Notes: generated by a model from the sequence alone, not told the origin. 64,000 nt of DNA from Dehalococcoidia bacterium (GCA_965197585.1 OZ240215.1:2880001-2944000), one strand, 5' to 3'. Positions 40,386 through 50,453 are shown, numbered from the stretch's first letter. Numbers and translations: made by a program.

Positions 40386-40730
40386 TTACGGGTGCCACCG
40401 CCCATCATTCGTACTGTTGTGTCTCGGATTACGTCCGTATCGTTTGCGAAAAGAGGCTAACTTAGCACTTTCAACGTTTTCGGCGGACTTTTGAGGAATT
40501 GCCCTTGTCTCGACTACTAGCCTGTCCCTCGGCCCTAGCTTACCAGCCTTGGAGTGCTCGACAGCCCGGCGGGATGGATTATTGGTAGTGCCAATATATT
40601 TGGTATAGCCCCTCGAATTCTTTATGGAATACTGGACCTTCTTCCCCGACCTTACCTGCCCTCTTCTTTTAGCAGCGCTTCCACTGCCCCGTCGAGAACT
40701 CCCTCGGTTTCCTCTATATCCCGTTGCCAT
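40386..40730 (-). CDS. Small basic GIY-YIG-like protein
   Basis: QYSI...KYIGTTNNPSRRAVEH...E...PRHN with an Arg/Gly/Ser-rich N-terminus. Confidence 0.62.
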   Translation of the reverse strand: MATGYRGNRGSSRRGSGSAAKRRGQVRSGKKVQYSIKNSRGYTKYIGTTNNPSRRAVEHSKAGKLGPRDRLVVETRAIPQKSAENVESAKLASFRKRYGRNPRHNSTNDGRWHP

Positions 40731-40828
40731 CTATTGCTCCCCCAGATTGACTCTACAACTGCATTTATCCTACAAGCCAGACAACAAATATTCTACGCCA
40801 AAATATCCTCTCCATCGAGGGGCGAGTG

Positions 40829-41641
40829 CTAAGGCGACCGTGACTCCCCCACCCCCATCACCTCCCCGAGACCCGCGCTCAGAACCTCATCCACCCCCAG
40901 CCCCTCCCGAGGCCTGAACCTCAGTGAACGCCCTTCCCACGACAGCACATAGTCCTGTCTGCTGCCCGTGTCCAAGCGCCCGTTGCCGGAGGTTGCGCCG
41001 GTTATGGCCTGGAGAGCGTCGTTGATGCATCCATCGGGGCCCCAGGCGACCCTCAGTGCAGGCTCTTTCTTGGCGATGCCCCAGTGATGTATCGCCTGGT
41101 CGACCATCCGGGCCCCGAGGGCCGCACCCACACACCGCTCCCCATGAAAGTTCTCAGCCTCGAAAAGCATGTCCCGCAGAAACGACGCCTGATTTCGGTT
41201 CCCCGGGTGCTCAGTGTCCCTTGCCGTTCTCGCCGAGAAGATCGAGTCCCAGCCCGGCGAGTACCGCTTGATGTCGACTATCGGGGTGCCGTCTATCATG
41301 TCGAGGTGATCAAGCCTAACCACCCGGCCCTCGACTCCCAGCACCCGCGCCGAGGTGAGCCCTACCGGGTTCGGCCTGCCCGGCGACCTCATGCCGAACA
41401 CCCCCCTCCCCCGGCCCCCGTGCCTCGAAAGGCTCAGGCTCGTCCTGTCCGCCCTGTGGAACCAGCCCAGCACTATCAGGTGCGTGTTCGACTCTATTCC
41501 AGCCAGCCCAGCCTCGTATTCGGGATATATCTCGATGGACGCAGGTACGCCGTCGATGGGCATTTCATCCCCCTCCCCAACGGACGAGACAACCTTCCCG
41601 ATTGGCGTGACGCTGTACGTTCCGGCGGTCTCGCTGGTCAT
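40829..41641 (-). CDS. TrmO/TsaA-like SAM-binding domain fused to an FmdE-like domain
   Basis: GVFGMRSPGRPNPVG, DGTPIVDIK; FHGERCVG...GCINDALQAITG. Confidence 0.8.
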   Translation of the reverse strand: MTSETAGTYSVTPIGKVVSSVGEGDEMPIDGVPASIEIYPEYEAGLAGIESNTHLIVLGWFHRADRTSLSLSRHGGRGRGVFGMRSPGRPNPVGLTSARVLGVEGRVVRLDHLDMIDGTPIVDIKRYSPGWDSIFSARTARDTEHPGNRNQASFLRDMLFEAENFHGERCVGAALGARMVDQAIHHWGIAKKEPALRVAWGPDGCINDALQAITGATSGNGRLDTGSRQDYVLSWEGRSLRFRPREGLGVDEVLSAGLGEVMGVGESRSP

Positions 41642-41645
41642 GTTT

Positions 41646-42830
41646 CTACTGCCCCTTCCAGAAGATCCGGTAGATCGTGCCGCTGCCGTAGTCCGCGACC
41701 AGCAGAGACCCGTCCGGGGCCTGTGCCACGTCCAGAGGCCTATCGATGCCTAACGCGAAGTCCGACACCTCCGTCCTGTAAGACTCCCCTTCCCTCTCAA
41801 GTTCCACTCGCACTATCTTCCGCCCCGTGTCTCGAAGGTGTGATCCCCACTGGGCGATGAACAGGCTGTTTGTGTATTCCGCCGGGAACATGGAACCCGT
41901 GTAGAAGACCAGCCCGTTCGCCGATGAACGCTCCTCCATCTCGGCGATGGGCGGGAGTGTACCCTCGCAGTTCGAGCCCTGCCCATCGCCCCAGCAGTCG
42001 GGCCAGCCGTAGTTCCCGCCGTCCACCAGCAGGTTTAGCTCCTCGGGGACGTGCAGCTCCAGCTCGTCTCTCCCGTTGTCCGCCCCAAACAGCGTGCCGT
42101 CTTCGGGATGAAAGGCGATGTCATATACGTTGCGCAGGCCGCTGGCGTAGACCCGGCGCCCGGTGCCGTCGGGGTTGATCTGCAGAATGGTTGCGCTCAG
42201 TTCGCTCCTCTCCCGGCAGGCGTTGCAAGTCGACCCCAGGGTCAGGTACATCTTCCCGTCGGGCCCAAAGGCCAGGCCGTTGTTCTGGTGTATCCCCGTC
42301 GGCAGCTCCGACACAATGGTCTCGACATCATCGGGCTGTCCGTCTCCGTCCGAGTCACGCAGCGCGGTCACCGACCCTCTGCTCGATACGTACAGCGTGT
42401 CTTCCCGGTGCGCCAACCCCAGCGGTGCGGGAAAACCGCGCGCGTACAACCCCACTGCGTCCGCCTCCCCGTCCGAGTCCATATCCCTCAAAGCAGCAAT
42501 CGTACCGTCCTGCTGACTCACGTAGACGACCCTGTCATCCGACACGGCAATGCTGGTCGGGTTGGAAAGCCCGAGAAAGAACACGTTGGCCCCGAAACCG
42601 GGCGGCACCGCCAGCCCCGCACCTCCCGCCACGAGACCTACGTCCTCTTCCACCATCTTCTCCATAGTTGGAGTGGGCTCTGCGGTCAGAGTTGGCTCCG
42701 CGGGTTTCTCGGTGGGAATCGGAGTGGCAGTCGTGTCCGATGCCCCGCACCCGATTACCACGACCGCAATAAGCAGCAGAACGAGAGCTACCGCTTGTAG
42801 AACTGTGAATGTTGGAAGTCTAGCTGCCAC
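41646..42830 (-). CDS. PQQ-dependent sugar dehydrogenase-like beta-propeller lipoprotein
   Basis: FGPDGKMY..GSTCNAC, GLRN, DNGRD and NYGWP motifs; lipobox VIGC. Confidence 0.85.
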   Translation of the reverse strand: MAARLPTFTVLQAVALVLLLIAVVVIGCGASDTTATPIPTEKPAEPTLTAEPTPTMEKMVEEDVGLVAGGAGLAVPPGFGANVFFLGLSNPTSIAVSDDRVVYVSQQDGTIAALRDMDSDGEADAVGLYARGFPAPLGLAHREDTLYVSSRGSVTALRDSDGDGQPDDVETIVSELPTGIHQNNGLAFGPDGKMYLTLGSTCNACRERSELSATILQINPDGTGRRVYASGLRNVYDIAFHPEDGTLFGADNGRDELELHVPEELNLLVDGGNYGWPDCWGDGQGSNCEGTLPPIAEMEERSSANGLVFYTGSMFPAEYTNSLFIAQWGSHLRDTGRKIVRVELEREGESYRTEVSDFALGIDRPLDVAQAPDGSLLVADYGSGTIYRIFWKGQ

Positions 42831-42985
42831 AAATAACCTTCGGATTGCGCATCCCCAAAGGCCATTCTACCAACTATCCTGGGCGTCTATGTACGAGCAT
42901 TGGTTGAAGGGAACTCGAAGTGGAAGGCGCTTTCCACCGCCTAAGGTCTTGTCGGAGCCCCCACCGCAAGGGCCTGTATTCGCAC

Positions 42986-43609
42986 CTAGCAGCCGATGGG
43001 TTTCGTGAAGTCGCCCTGGGCGTCGGAGAGTGTGCCGGGGAACAGGCTTGCGCTTAAGGGACCTCGGCGTAGCGGTCTGTACCAGGAGGCCGCATCGTGC
43101 AACTCGAAGCTCCGTCTACGGCTTGGGTCAAAGACCCCTATTTGCTTCCCCAACTTGGTTCGAGCCATCATGATGGGAAGCAGGAGGTCGGAGTCGTTGG
43201 AGATTACCACGGCCATTTCGTAGTCATTTTCGAAGCCGTCCATCAACAGGTAGGATGCGAGATTGACGTCGGAACCCTTCTCCTCGGTGTTGAGTATCTC
43301 GACAGTGCGCGGGCCGGTTTGAGGGTGCTTCGCCAAGGGTCTCCACTTGGTATTCACAAGGAAATATCCGTAGTGAATGCTCAGGTTTGGAACCGTTTGT
43401 AGAGCGCGAAGATAAGTCTGCTGGCGCTGCTGCTGCGTGGGGTCTCCAGGGCGGTTGACTACAAGGGCGGTGAAATAACGTATCCGGCCTATGTCGTGCT
43501 GGGGCAGCAAGAGCGCCGCCAGCTTCCCGACATCCAGCCAACGATATGGCGTACCCCGCAGGGCTCGATAGTAAACATTGAAGCCGTCAATATAGACGTT
43601 GGTGCGGAT
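42986..43609 (-). CDS. NYN (LabA/DUF88, PIN-like) RNase domain protein
   Basis: VYIDGFNVYY, EEKGSDVNLA and ISNDSDL motifs; start uncertain (ATC at 43609 aligns with the usual Met). Confidence 0.88.
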   Translation of the reverse strand: MRTNVYIDGFNVYYRALRGTPYRWLDVGKLAALLLPQHDIGRIRYFTALVVNRPGDPTQQQRQQTYLRALQTVPNLSIHYGYFLVNTKWRPLAKHPQTGPRTVEILNTEEKGSDVNLASYLLMDGFENDYEMAVVISNDSDLLLPIMMARTKLGKQIGVFDPSRRRSFELHDAASWYRPLRRGPLSASLFPGTLSDAQGDFTKPIGC

Positions 43610-43624
43610 GAGTGAATGTGTCCA

Positions 43625-43656
43625 AATAAAAGCTAAGGCTGCCTTTCGGCAGCCTT
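43625..43656 (-). terminator. Intrinsic terminator-like hairpin directly upstream of the NYN gene
   Basis: AAGGCUGCC-GAAA-GGCAGCCUU followed by AGCUUUUAUUU. Confidence 0.7.
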
Positions 43657-43692
43657 GCGCCCCGCCGCCGAAGCGCACGGGGGGAGTACACA
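43625..43692 (-). ncRNA. Candidate small structured leader or antitoxin RNA
   Basis: Lies between a TTGACA promoter and the terminator; CCCCGUGCGC-UUCG-GCGGCGGGG hairpin. Confidence 0.45.
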
Positions 43693-43696
43693 GACA

Positions 43697-43725
43697 ACTT
43701 TATAGCACGTCTAGATGTCTGTCAA
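43697..43725 (-). promoter_or_regulatory. Sigma70-like promoter
   Basis: TTGACA-17 nt-TAAAGT (overlapping TATAAA). Confidence 0.6.
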
Positions 43726-43769
43726 CCTGCAGCGTGACACACAGGCTTGGGTAGACTCGCGTTCTCCTC

Positions 43770-46700
43770 CTACTCTTCGACGGTAGGAATTGGCTTTGCA
43801 GGGGGCTCGGAACTGAGCCGCCCCACCACCCGACCCAATAGCCTCGGAATACTGTCGTTGAAGAGCATGTAGACAATTGGCAGTACCAGCAGCGTCAATG
43901 CCGTGGAACTGGTCAGACCCCCGATAACCACGGTGGCCAGCTCGGCGCTGATCAGGCCGCCGTTGCCCCCGGTTTCCACGGCCAGCGGCAAAAGCGCAAA
44001 ACTGGTGGTTATGGCAGTCATCAGGATAGGCCGCAGCCGCACCCGAGCCCCGGAGATAAGGGCGTCGTAGACTGTCAGGCCCCTGGCACGTTGCTGCTCG
44101 ACAAAGGAGATGAGCACTATCGCGTTGGTAACCACGATGCCGATGAGCAGCAGGACGCCCATCATGGCCGCAAGGCCGAGGGCCCGGTCCGTCACCGTAA
44201 GCGCTACCATCACGCCAACAAGGGCGAGGGGCAGCGTCAGGATGATGACCAACGGGTTCCGCAAGCTCCCTAAAGCCGCCACCATGACGAGGTAAACAAG
44301 GATGATTCCGACGGCCATCGCGGTGAATATGGCCTGGAAGCCTTCTGCAATGTCCGCGAAGATGCCGCCGCTGTTGACGGCGACTCCCGGCGGCAAGTCC
44401 AGCGCCGCAATCCTTTCGTCCACCAGGACGCCCACCGCCTGCGTGTCATCCGAGACGATATCCGCAATGATGCTGGCCGACCGACGTCCGTCCGTGCGGC
44501 TGATCGATACGGGCCCTTCCCGCAATACCGGCTCGGCCAGATCACCGAGGGGAGCCGCTCCGCCCGGTCCGACAATCATCAGAGAACCTAGCTGGTCGAC
44601 GCTGCCGGTGGATCGGGGGTCGCCGGTGAGTACAACGTCCACTGCTTCCCCATCTACATTGATCGATGTCACGCGCTGGCCGATTGTGTACTGGCTTATC
44701 TGAAGCCCGACCTGACGTGTGGTCAGGCCAATGCTGCCCGCCTTTTCCGGGTCCACCTCTATCGCCACTTCAGGCCGAGCCTCCGCCACGTCGCTTTCCA
44801 GGTTTACGATTCCGTCAATGACGCCTATGGAGGCTGCCAGTTCCTCGGTCACCTCGGAAATGTGGTTGTAGTTAGGACCCGTGACGAAGATCTCAACGCC
44901 TCCGGCGGGCGGCCCATCAGCTATCTCGGATATGCGCAGCGTCCGACCCGGCTTCTCGAATTCATCCCGCAGCGTTTCGGCTATGCCTTCCGGAGCGTCT
45001 CCCGAAAGCCGTATGAAGAAACTGGCCTGCTGCAGGCCCATGGGCCCGCCGGCCTCACCGGGACCGGTAAAGTCACCTCCGCCTATGATCACTGTGTACA
45101 CGTCGGACAGTTCGTCTACTCGAGTCTCGATCTCGGTAACGGCTTCCACGGTCTGCTCCACGCTGGAGCCGGGCGGCAGACTCAACTGGATCTGCAAGAA
45201 GCGGTCCCCGTCGCCGCCGAAGAGGTTAACCGGAATGGTGGCCATCAGGCCCAGGCTCCCGACGGTGATGACAGTTGCAGCAAGTAACGTCACCACACGA
45301 TGTCCCAGCGCCCACTTCAGGACGGTGAGGTATGTACGTTGCAGCCAGGTATCCTGTTGCGGCAGGTCTCCCTCGTCGCCTGCGCCCTCGGGCAGGTCGC
45401 CGGGGCGCAGGAGGAACGCTCCCAGGACTGGCACTGCGGTCAGCGCAACCAGCAGGGAGGCAATCAGCGCGAAGCTCACCGTCAGGGCGAAGGGCAGGAA
45501 GAAGGAGCCGACCAGCCCTTGAATGAAGGCCAGAGGCACAAAGACTACAACCGTGGTCATTGTCGAAGCGAAGATCGCAGGGCCGACCTCCCTCGTAGCC
45601 TCCAGCGCTGCCCGCCATCGCTCACGACCCCCCTGTATGTGACGATAAACGTTCTCCAGCACCACGATGGAGTCGTCCACGACCCGGCCCACGGAGATGG
45701 CCAGGCCTCCCAGCGTCATGAAGTTCAGGGTCATGTCCTGCCAGTTCATCAGCAGGATGCCGGTGAACACGCTCAGGGGTATCGACAGACCGATGACAAC
45801 GGTGGGGCGCAGCGTGTTGAAAAACCCACGCACGACCGTGGGGCGGATGGTCAACATGAAGGCAAAGACAACCGACACCGCAAATAGGAACCCGAACGTG
45901 CCCTCGCGGACAAGGTTGTCTATCTGGCCCTGGATTTCGGGGCCCTGGTCGGTCACTACTATTACGTCGACGTCGTCGGAGATGCCGTCCAGGTTGGCAA
46001 TGACATCGTTGACGGCGTTGGTGACGTCAACGGTGTTGGCTTCCGGTTCTTTTGACACGCTGACCGAGAGACCCGGTTTGCCGTTGGTTCGGGAGATGCT
46101 GGATGTCCGACCCGAGCCGAATGTAACGTTCGCCACGTCCGAGAGCCGCACCGGTCCTTCCTCGTTCACACCCACGACCAGGTTCCGCAAGTCGTCCACC
46201 GACTCCAGGGAGTGGGTGGTCTTTGCTATCACGGCCTGAGTCCCATCGAAGAGCAGACCGGCGGGGAGGGTCACGTTGTTGTCGCGAAGGGCGGAAGAGA
46301 CCTGGAAGAGGGATATGCCGTTGGCCGACATCTTTTCAAGGTCCGCAGTGACAATGAAGTTGCGGTCAACGTCCCCGACCAGCTGGACCTGCGTGACCCC
46401 CTCAATGTCCTCGATCTCCGGGATGATCAGGTCTTGCACCAGCGCCTGCACCTCGACGAGCGGCCTGTCAGACACCACGCCGAACTGGATCACGGGAAAG
46501 GCGTCAGGATCGAAGCGGCCCACGGTGGGGTCATCCACGGCGGCCGGGAAGTTCACGCCATTGAGGGCATTCTCAATAAACGCTTCGGCTGCGGCCATAT
46601 CCGTGCCGTATTTGAATGTAGCAAAGACCGCGGTGTTGCCTTCGGAGGACGTGGATTGAACGGTCTCCAGTCCATCGGCGCCCGAGATAGCCCGCTCAAT

Positions 46701-46901
46701 CGGGTCAGTGACATCGCGGACCACGGCCTCGGGGTCGGCGGACGGATAAGACGCAAATACCGTGACCAGTGGAAACTCGATTTGCGGGAACAGTTCCACC
46801 TGCATCGAGCGATAGGAAATCACGCCGGAGACCAGGACAAGAATGATCGCCAGAAGGGTAACGGTCGGGCGGCGCAAGGCGAATGCGGTAAGGAAGGTCA
46901 C
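43770..46901 (-). CDS. RND efflux permease (AcrB/SwrC-like)
   Basis: 1043 aa; GRVVDDSIVVLEN, GIVVTNAIVL and RLRPILMT motifs. Confidence 0.94.
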   Translation of the reverse strand: MTFLTAFALRRPTVTLLAIILVLVSGVISYRSMQVELFPQIEFPLVTVFASYPSADPEAVVRDVTDPIERAISGADGLETVQSTSSEGNTAVFATFKYGTDMAAAEAFIENALNGVNFPAAVDDPTVGRFDPDAFPVIQFGVVSDRPLVEVQALVQDLIIPEIEDIEGVTQVQLVGDVDRNFIVTADLEKMSANGISLFQVSSALRDNNVTLPAGLLFDGTQAVIAKTTHSLESVDDLRNLVVGVNEEGPVRLSDVANVTFGSGRTSSISRTNGKPGLSVSVSKEPEANTVDVTNAVNDVIANLDGISDDVDVIVVTDQGPEIQGQIDNLVREGTFGFLFAVSVVFAFMLTIRPTVVRGFFNTLRPTVVIGLSIPLSVFTGILLMNWQDMTLNFMTLGGLAISVGRVVDDSIVVLENVYRHIQGGRERWRAALEATREVGPAIFASTMTTVVVFVPLAFIQGLVGSFFLPFALTVSFALIASLLVALTAVPVLGAFLLRPGDLPEGAGDEGDLPQQDTWLQRTYLTVLKWALGHRVVTLLAATVITVGSLGLMATIPVNLFGGDGDRFLQIQLSLPPGSSVEQTVEAVTEIETRVDELSDVYTVIIGGGDFTGPGEAGGPMGLQQASFFIRLSGDAPEGIAETLRDEFEKPGRTLRISEIADGPPAGGVEIFVTGPNYNHISEVTEELAASIGVIDGIVNLESDVAEARPEVAIEVDPEKAGSIGLTTRQVGLQISQYTIGQRVTSINVDGEAVDVVLTGDPRSTGSVDQLGSLMIVGPGGAAPLGDLAEPVLREGPVSISRTDGRRSASIIADIVSDDTQAVGVLVDERIAALDLPPGVAVNSGGIFADIAEGFQAIFTAMAVGIILVYLVMVAALGSLRNPLVIILTLPLALVGVMVALTVTDRALGLAAMMGVLLLIGIVVTNAIVLISFVEQQRARGLTVYDALISGARVRLRPILMTAITTSFALLPLAVETGGNGGLISAELATVVIGGLTSSTALTLLVLPIVYMLFNDSIPRLLGRVVGRLSSEPPAKPIPTVEE

Positions 46902-47123
46902 TTGGCAGCTCCTGCTGTTCTGTCCTCTGCGGCAGAGGGTCGGTTGTGTAGGGTTATAAGACCGGGGGACACAAAGGAGGGTTGGCAGAACTTTGTGAAA
47001 TTCTTACCAATATTTTAGCACGATGTTGTAGCACAAGGATGGCCCGACTCTGAAACCTCAGCCTATCCTGGTTCCCGCCGAGTCCGTTGCCGTCATGTAT
47101 AATCCCAACGGAGCCTTCTCACC

Positions 47124-48119
47124 ATGACTTCCAACTACAACGGCAACCCCATGAAGGTCCGCATCGGCATTGGCCTTGGGTCCTGGCCCTTCGGCGCGAT
47201 CACCCCCGCCTCCGTCTTCGATTTCATAGACCGCTGCGAGGCCCTGGACATCGACTCCCTATGGCTCAGCGACCGGATCGCAGGCAGGGATGACATCATG
47301 GAACCTGTCACCTTCATGGCCTTCATGGCCTCCCGATTGCGGAACATGATGTTCGGCACCAGTGTTATCGTCCTCCCGGTGCGACACCCGGTCGTGCTGG
47401 CCAAGGAACTCGCCACCCTGGACCTGCTATCCGGGGGCCGGCTGCTCCCCGCCGTGGGCATCGGCCCGCCTACATCTGAGGACTTCCGGGCCACGGGCAT
47501 CGAGCAGAAGGGCCGGGGGCGTCGCACCGACGAAGCCATCCGCCTGATGAAGCGCCTCTGGACCGAGGACAGCGTCACCTTCCACGGCGAGTACTACTCC
47601 ATCGAGGACATATCCGTCACCCCCAAACCCGCTCAGGTCGGAGGCCCGCCCATCTGGATCGGGGGCAGGTCCAAGGCCGCATATAGACGGGCCGGCACCC
47701 TGGGAGACGGCTGGCTGTCGTCCAGCATAACCGTCGAGGAGACCCGCGAGGGAGTGAAGGCCATCAAAGGCTACGCCGCCGAGGCCAACCGGGAGGTCCC
47801 CGAGGACCATTTCGGCATCTACCTCCCCTTCCTCTTCACCGACAACCGTGCCCGAGACCTCGACATCGCCAGGCCCTTCCTTCACGGCAGGCCCGACGTA
47901 CCCGACTCCGCAATCTCCGCAGTCGGCAACCCGGACGAGGTGCGGGCTCGGGTGCAAGAATACATCGACCAGGGCGCTACCAAGTTCGTCATGCGGCCCG
48001 CCTGCCCCGGCAGCATGTGGTTCGATCAACTGGAGACCCTCGCCCGCGAGGTCATCCAGCCCATCCAGACCCCCTTCAGCGTTCGTGAGCGACAGAAACG
48101 GGCAGCCGCCGCCGGTTGA
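47124..48119 (+). CDS. LLM-class flavin/F420-dependent oxidoreductase
   Basis: SLWLSD, RHPVVLAKELATLDLLSGGR and PPIWIGG motifs. Confidence 0.9.
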   Translation: MTSNYNGNPMKVRIGIGLGSWPFGAITPASVFDFIDRCEALDIDSLWLSDRIAGRDDIMEPVTFMAFMASRLRNMMFGTSVIVLPVRHPVVLAKELATLDLLSGGRLLPAVGIGPPTSEDFRATGIEQKGRGRRTDEAIRLMKRLWTEDSVTFHGEYYSIEDISVTPKPAQVGGPPIWIGGRSKAAYRRAGTLGDGWLSSSITVEETREGVKAIKGYAAEANREVPEDHFGIYLPFLFTDNRARDLDIARPFLHGRPDVPDSAISAVGNPDEVRARVQEYIDQGATKFVMRPACPGSMWFDQLETLAREVIQPIQTPFSVRERQKRAAAAG

Positions 48120-48212
48120 CCCCCGACATGCCCTTTCCCTTCCATTGGAACCCCATAATAGAAGCTAGGATTTAGACAAACGCGGGCCGAAACCCGCACC
48201 CGGAGGTGTAAC

Positions 48213-49040
48213 TTGCCCTACGAAAACGTGCTATATGAGACCGACGGCCGCGTCGCGACTATTACGATGAACCGGCCCGACAAACTAAACGCCCTCAGCG
48301 AGGGGCTCATCGACGACATCGTCGCCGCAGCAGAAGAGGCGGAAGCCGACCGCGAAGTCCGCTCGATCATCCTTAAGGCCGCCGGCCGGGCCTTCTCCGC
48401 AGGCTACGACATTTCCCCAGGCGCACACGGCGACGGCTCCGACGACCTATACGGCGAGCTCATGCGCTTCCGCAAGACGAACATGCAGTGGGGCAAGCTC
48501 TGGAACCTCTCCAAGCCCATCATCGCTCAGGTCCACGGCTACTGCCTCGCAGGCGCCACAGACCTCGCTACCTCCTGCGACATGATCATCGCCGCCGAGA
48601 ACAGCACCTTCGGCCTCCCCGACGTCCGGGGCATCGAGTCGGTCGAAAATCACATGTGGACCTATCTGGTCGGGCCTCAGTGGGCCAAGCGCATGATGAT
48701 GACCGGCGACCCCATCGACGGCAAGACCGCCGAGCGTATCGGCCTCATCATGCAGGCCGTCCCCGCCGACGATCTGGACGCAGAAGTGAAACGCCTCGCC
48801 GGTCGGGTGGCCAACATCCCCCTGGAGCTTCTCGCCCCTCACAAGTCGTTGATCAACAAGGTCATGGGCCTCATGGGGCACGCGGTCGCCCAGCAGCTCG
48901 CCTTCGACACCGTGTCCATCACCCACTACTCGGACTCCCGCAAGAACTTCACCGCGATGGCCGAAAAAGAAGGCCTCCGAGCCGCCCTCCTCAACCGTGA
49001 CGGCCCCTTCGGCGACTACACCGCCCGGCCTAAGAAGTAG
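48213..49040 (+). CDS. Enoyl-CoA hydratase/isomerase
   Basis: NRPDKLNAL, AFSAGYDI and KPIIAQVHGYCLAG; TTG start after GGAGG. Confidence 0.9.
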   Translation: MPYENVLYETDGRVATITMNRPDKLNALSEGLIDDIVAAAEEAEADREVRSIILKAAGRAFSAGYDISPGAHGDGSDDLYGELMRFRKTNMQWGKLWNLSKPIIAQVHGYCLAGATDLATSCDMIIAAENSTFGLPDVRGIESVENHMWTYLVGPQWAKRMMMTGDPIDGKTAERIGLIMQAVPADDLDAEVKRLAGRVANIPLELLAPHKSLINKVMGLMGHAVAQQLAFDTVSITHYSDSRKNFTAMAEKEGLRAALLNRDGPFGDYTARPKK

Positions 49041-49078
49041 AGCCGATTAGAACCTACGCTATTCGCCCTTCGGCGAAG

Positions 49079-49115
49079 AAACACCGGCAATGCGTTGCAT
49101 TGCCGGTGTTTTGGC
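49079..49115. terminator. 15-bp perfect hairpin, probable terminator
   Basis: AAACACCGGCAATGC-GTT-GCATTGCCGGTGTTT between convergent genes. Confidence 0.72.
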
Positions 49116-49300
49116 TTTTCTCTAGGGTTGTGGGGCCACTCGTGCTTAGTCCGTCGAAATAGGAGCATCGAGACCAGACTTTGCCTTCTTAAGTACTAGG
49201 GCAAACTATAGCAATTGCACCAATTGTTGCTTAGTCAGTAAGTTATTGGCCTGACTTTAAGAGCATCCCTTAATGCGTATCTCGTAGCAATCATATTTGT

Positions 49301-50314
49301 CTAGACTTTATTTCTGGTCAAAAGGGTCAAGTCATTCCTAATGTGGAGTGTTGGAGTTTCGAACTTTGAGGGGTCTACACCTTCTACTTGAATCTGTTCT
49401 GGGGTGGCGACATTGGCAAACACAGCCCACGTTAATTTCGACTCAGTCTTTGCCTCGTAATACAAATACCGTTCCAAAGGTATGTGTGCTGTCAATCCGC
49501 CTTGATGCCTTGTCCACAGTTCCTTAACTAGCTCTCCAAATGGAGATTCCGCTCGGGCTGGGTGAACCAGATGGGGAAGTACTCTTTTGGCACGCGTTGG
49601 CGTGTACTGCTCAGACGCGGATATCGTTTGTGGGAGCAGCAGAGTACCCTCAAGAAACACAACTAGATCGGGACACAATACATCGTTGTTTATGTTGGCT
49701 ATGTTCTTTACATAGTGTCCTAGCAAAGTTGCTTTCGGGCCAGACTTGTGTGGCACCGATGGGTCTGGAAGAGTTATAGCCACGCTAGCTCTATCCGCCA
49801 AGACGAATCCGAAGATATCACCCTTATTGGTGTGGTCGCGGTGGAAGCCATGTACTGACCCAGACCCGTGGTCGCCATACCTTCTTCCGACATAGACCCC
49901 GTCTTTCGTCGTCACATAAGCCCTTTGTAACGCCTTCACTGATCGGATTTTCTCGAAGGAATCAGCCAGTTCTCGTTTTCCGATTGTGCTTTTAACTTCC
50001 CCCACTGCCAATACGCCTTCGGCAGGATAGTAAGTGGTTTCAGGGCTGTTGTTGATGCAGAACACGGGGCACAAATCCCTTTCGTAAAGAACGACATCCA
50101 TCTGCCGACTAGTGCCCCCTTTGGTGTCGATCACGCAACCGGAACCTACGCCAATCCCTCTGGGCAGTATCTGTTCGAGTCGTTCTCGAACGGGTTCCTC
50201 CATCGCATCCCCAACAAGCTCAGGCGTGGTAGCTTCACGAGCATTGTCGAACGCTCGGACGAGATCAAGGCCAATTCTTCTAACGAATTCAGCCGGGTCG
50301 AAAGTAGATTTCAT
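49301..50314 (-). CDS. DUF6602-like PD-(D/E)xK nuclease-domain protein
   Basis: GDAME...SRQMDVVLYE...YPAEGVLAVGEVKS. Confidence 0.7.
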   Translation of the reverse strand: MKSTFDPAEFVRRIGLDLVRAFDNAREATTPELVGDAMEEPVRERLEQILPRGIGVGSGCVIDTKGGTSRQMDVVLYERDLCPVFCINNSPETTYYPAEGVLAVGEVKSTIGKRELADSFEKIRSVKALQRAYVTTKDGVYVGRRYGDHGSGSVHGFHRDHTNKGDIFGFVLADRASVAITLPDPSVPHKSGPKATLLGHYVKNIANINNDVLCPDLVVFLEGTLLLPQTISASEQYTPTRAKRVLPHLVHPARAESPFGELVKELWTRHQGGLTAHIPLERYLYYEAKTESKLTWAVFANVATPEQIQVEGVDPSKFETPTLHIRNDLTLLTRNKV

Positions 50315-50424
50315 ATTATTGGTCCTCTTACTTCCTTCTCAGATGCCGCCCGGAACCTGGGCCGCCTTGTGGCCAAGTATATAGTTTTCTAAAATACTGC
50401 ATGGAGATGGCACCCGCGTTCGCG

Positions 50425-50453
50425 TTGACTTGCCCCCATGCGGTTGCTATATT
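50425..50453 (+). promoter_or_regulatory. Sigma70-like promoter of guaB3
   Basis: TTGACT-17 nt-TATATT. Confidence 0.55.

Noticed and set aside
43770-46901. RND pump lacking MFP and outer-membrane partners
   Set aside because: Normal for monoderm-type bacteria (SwrC-like), so not unusual
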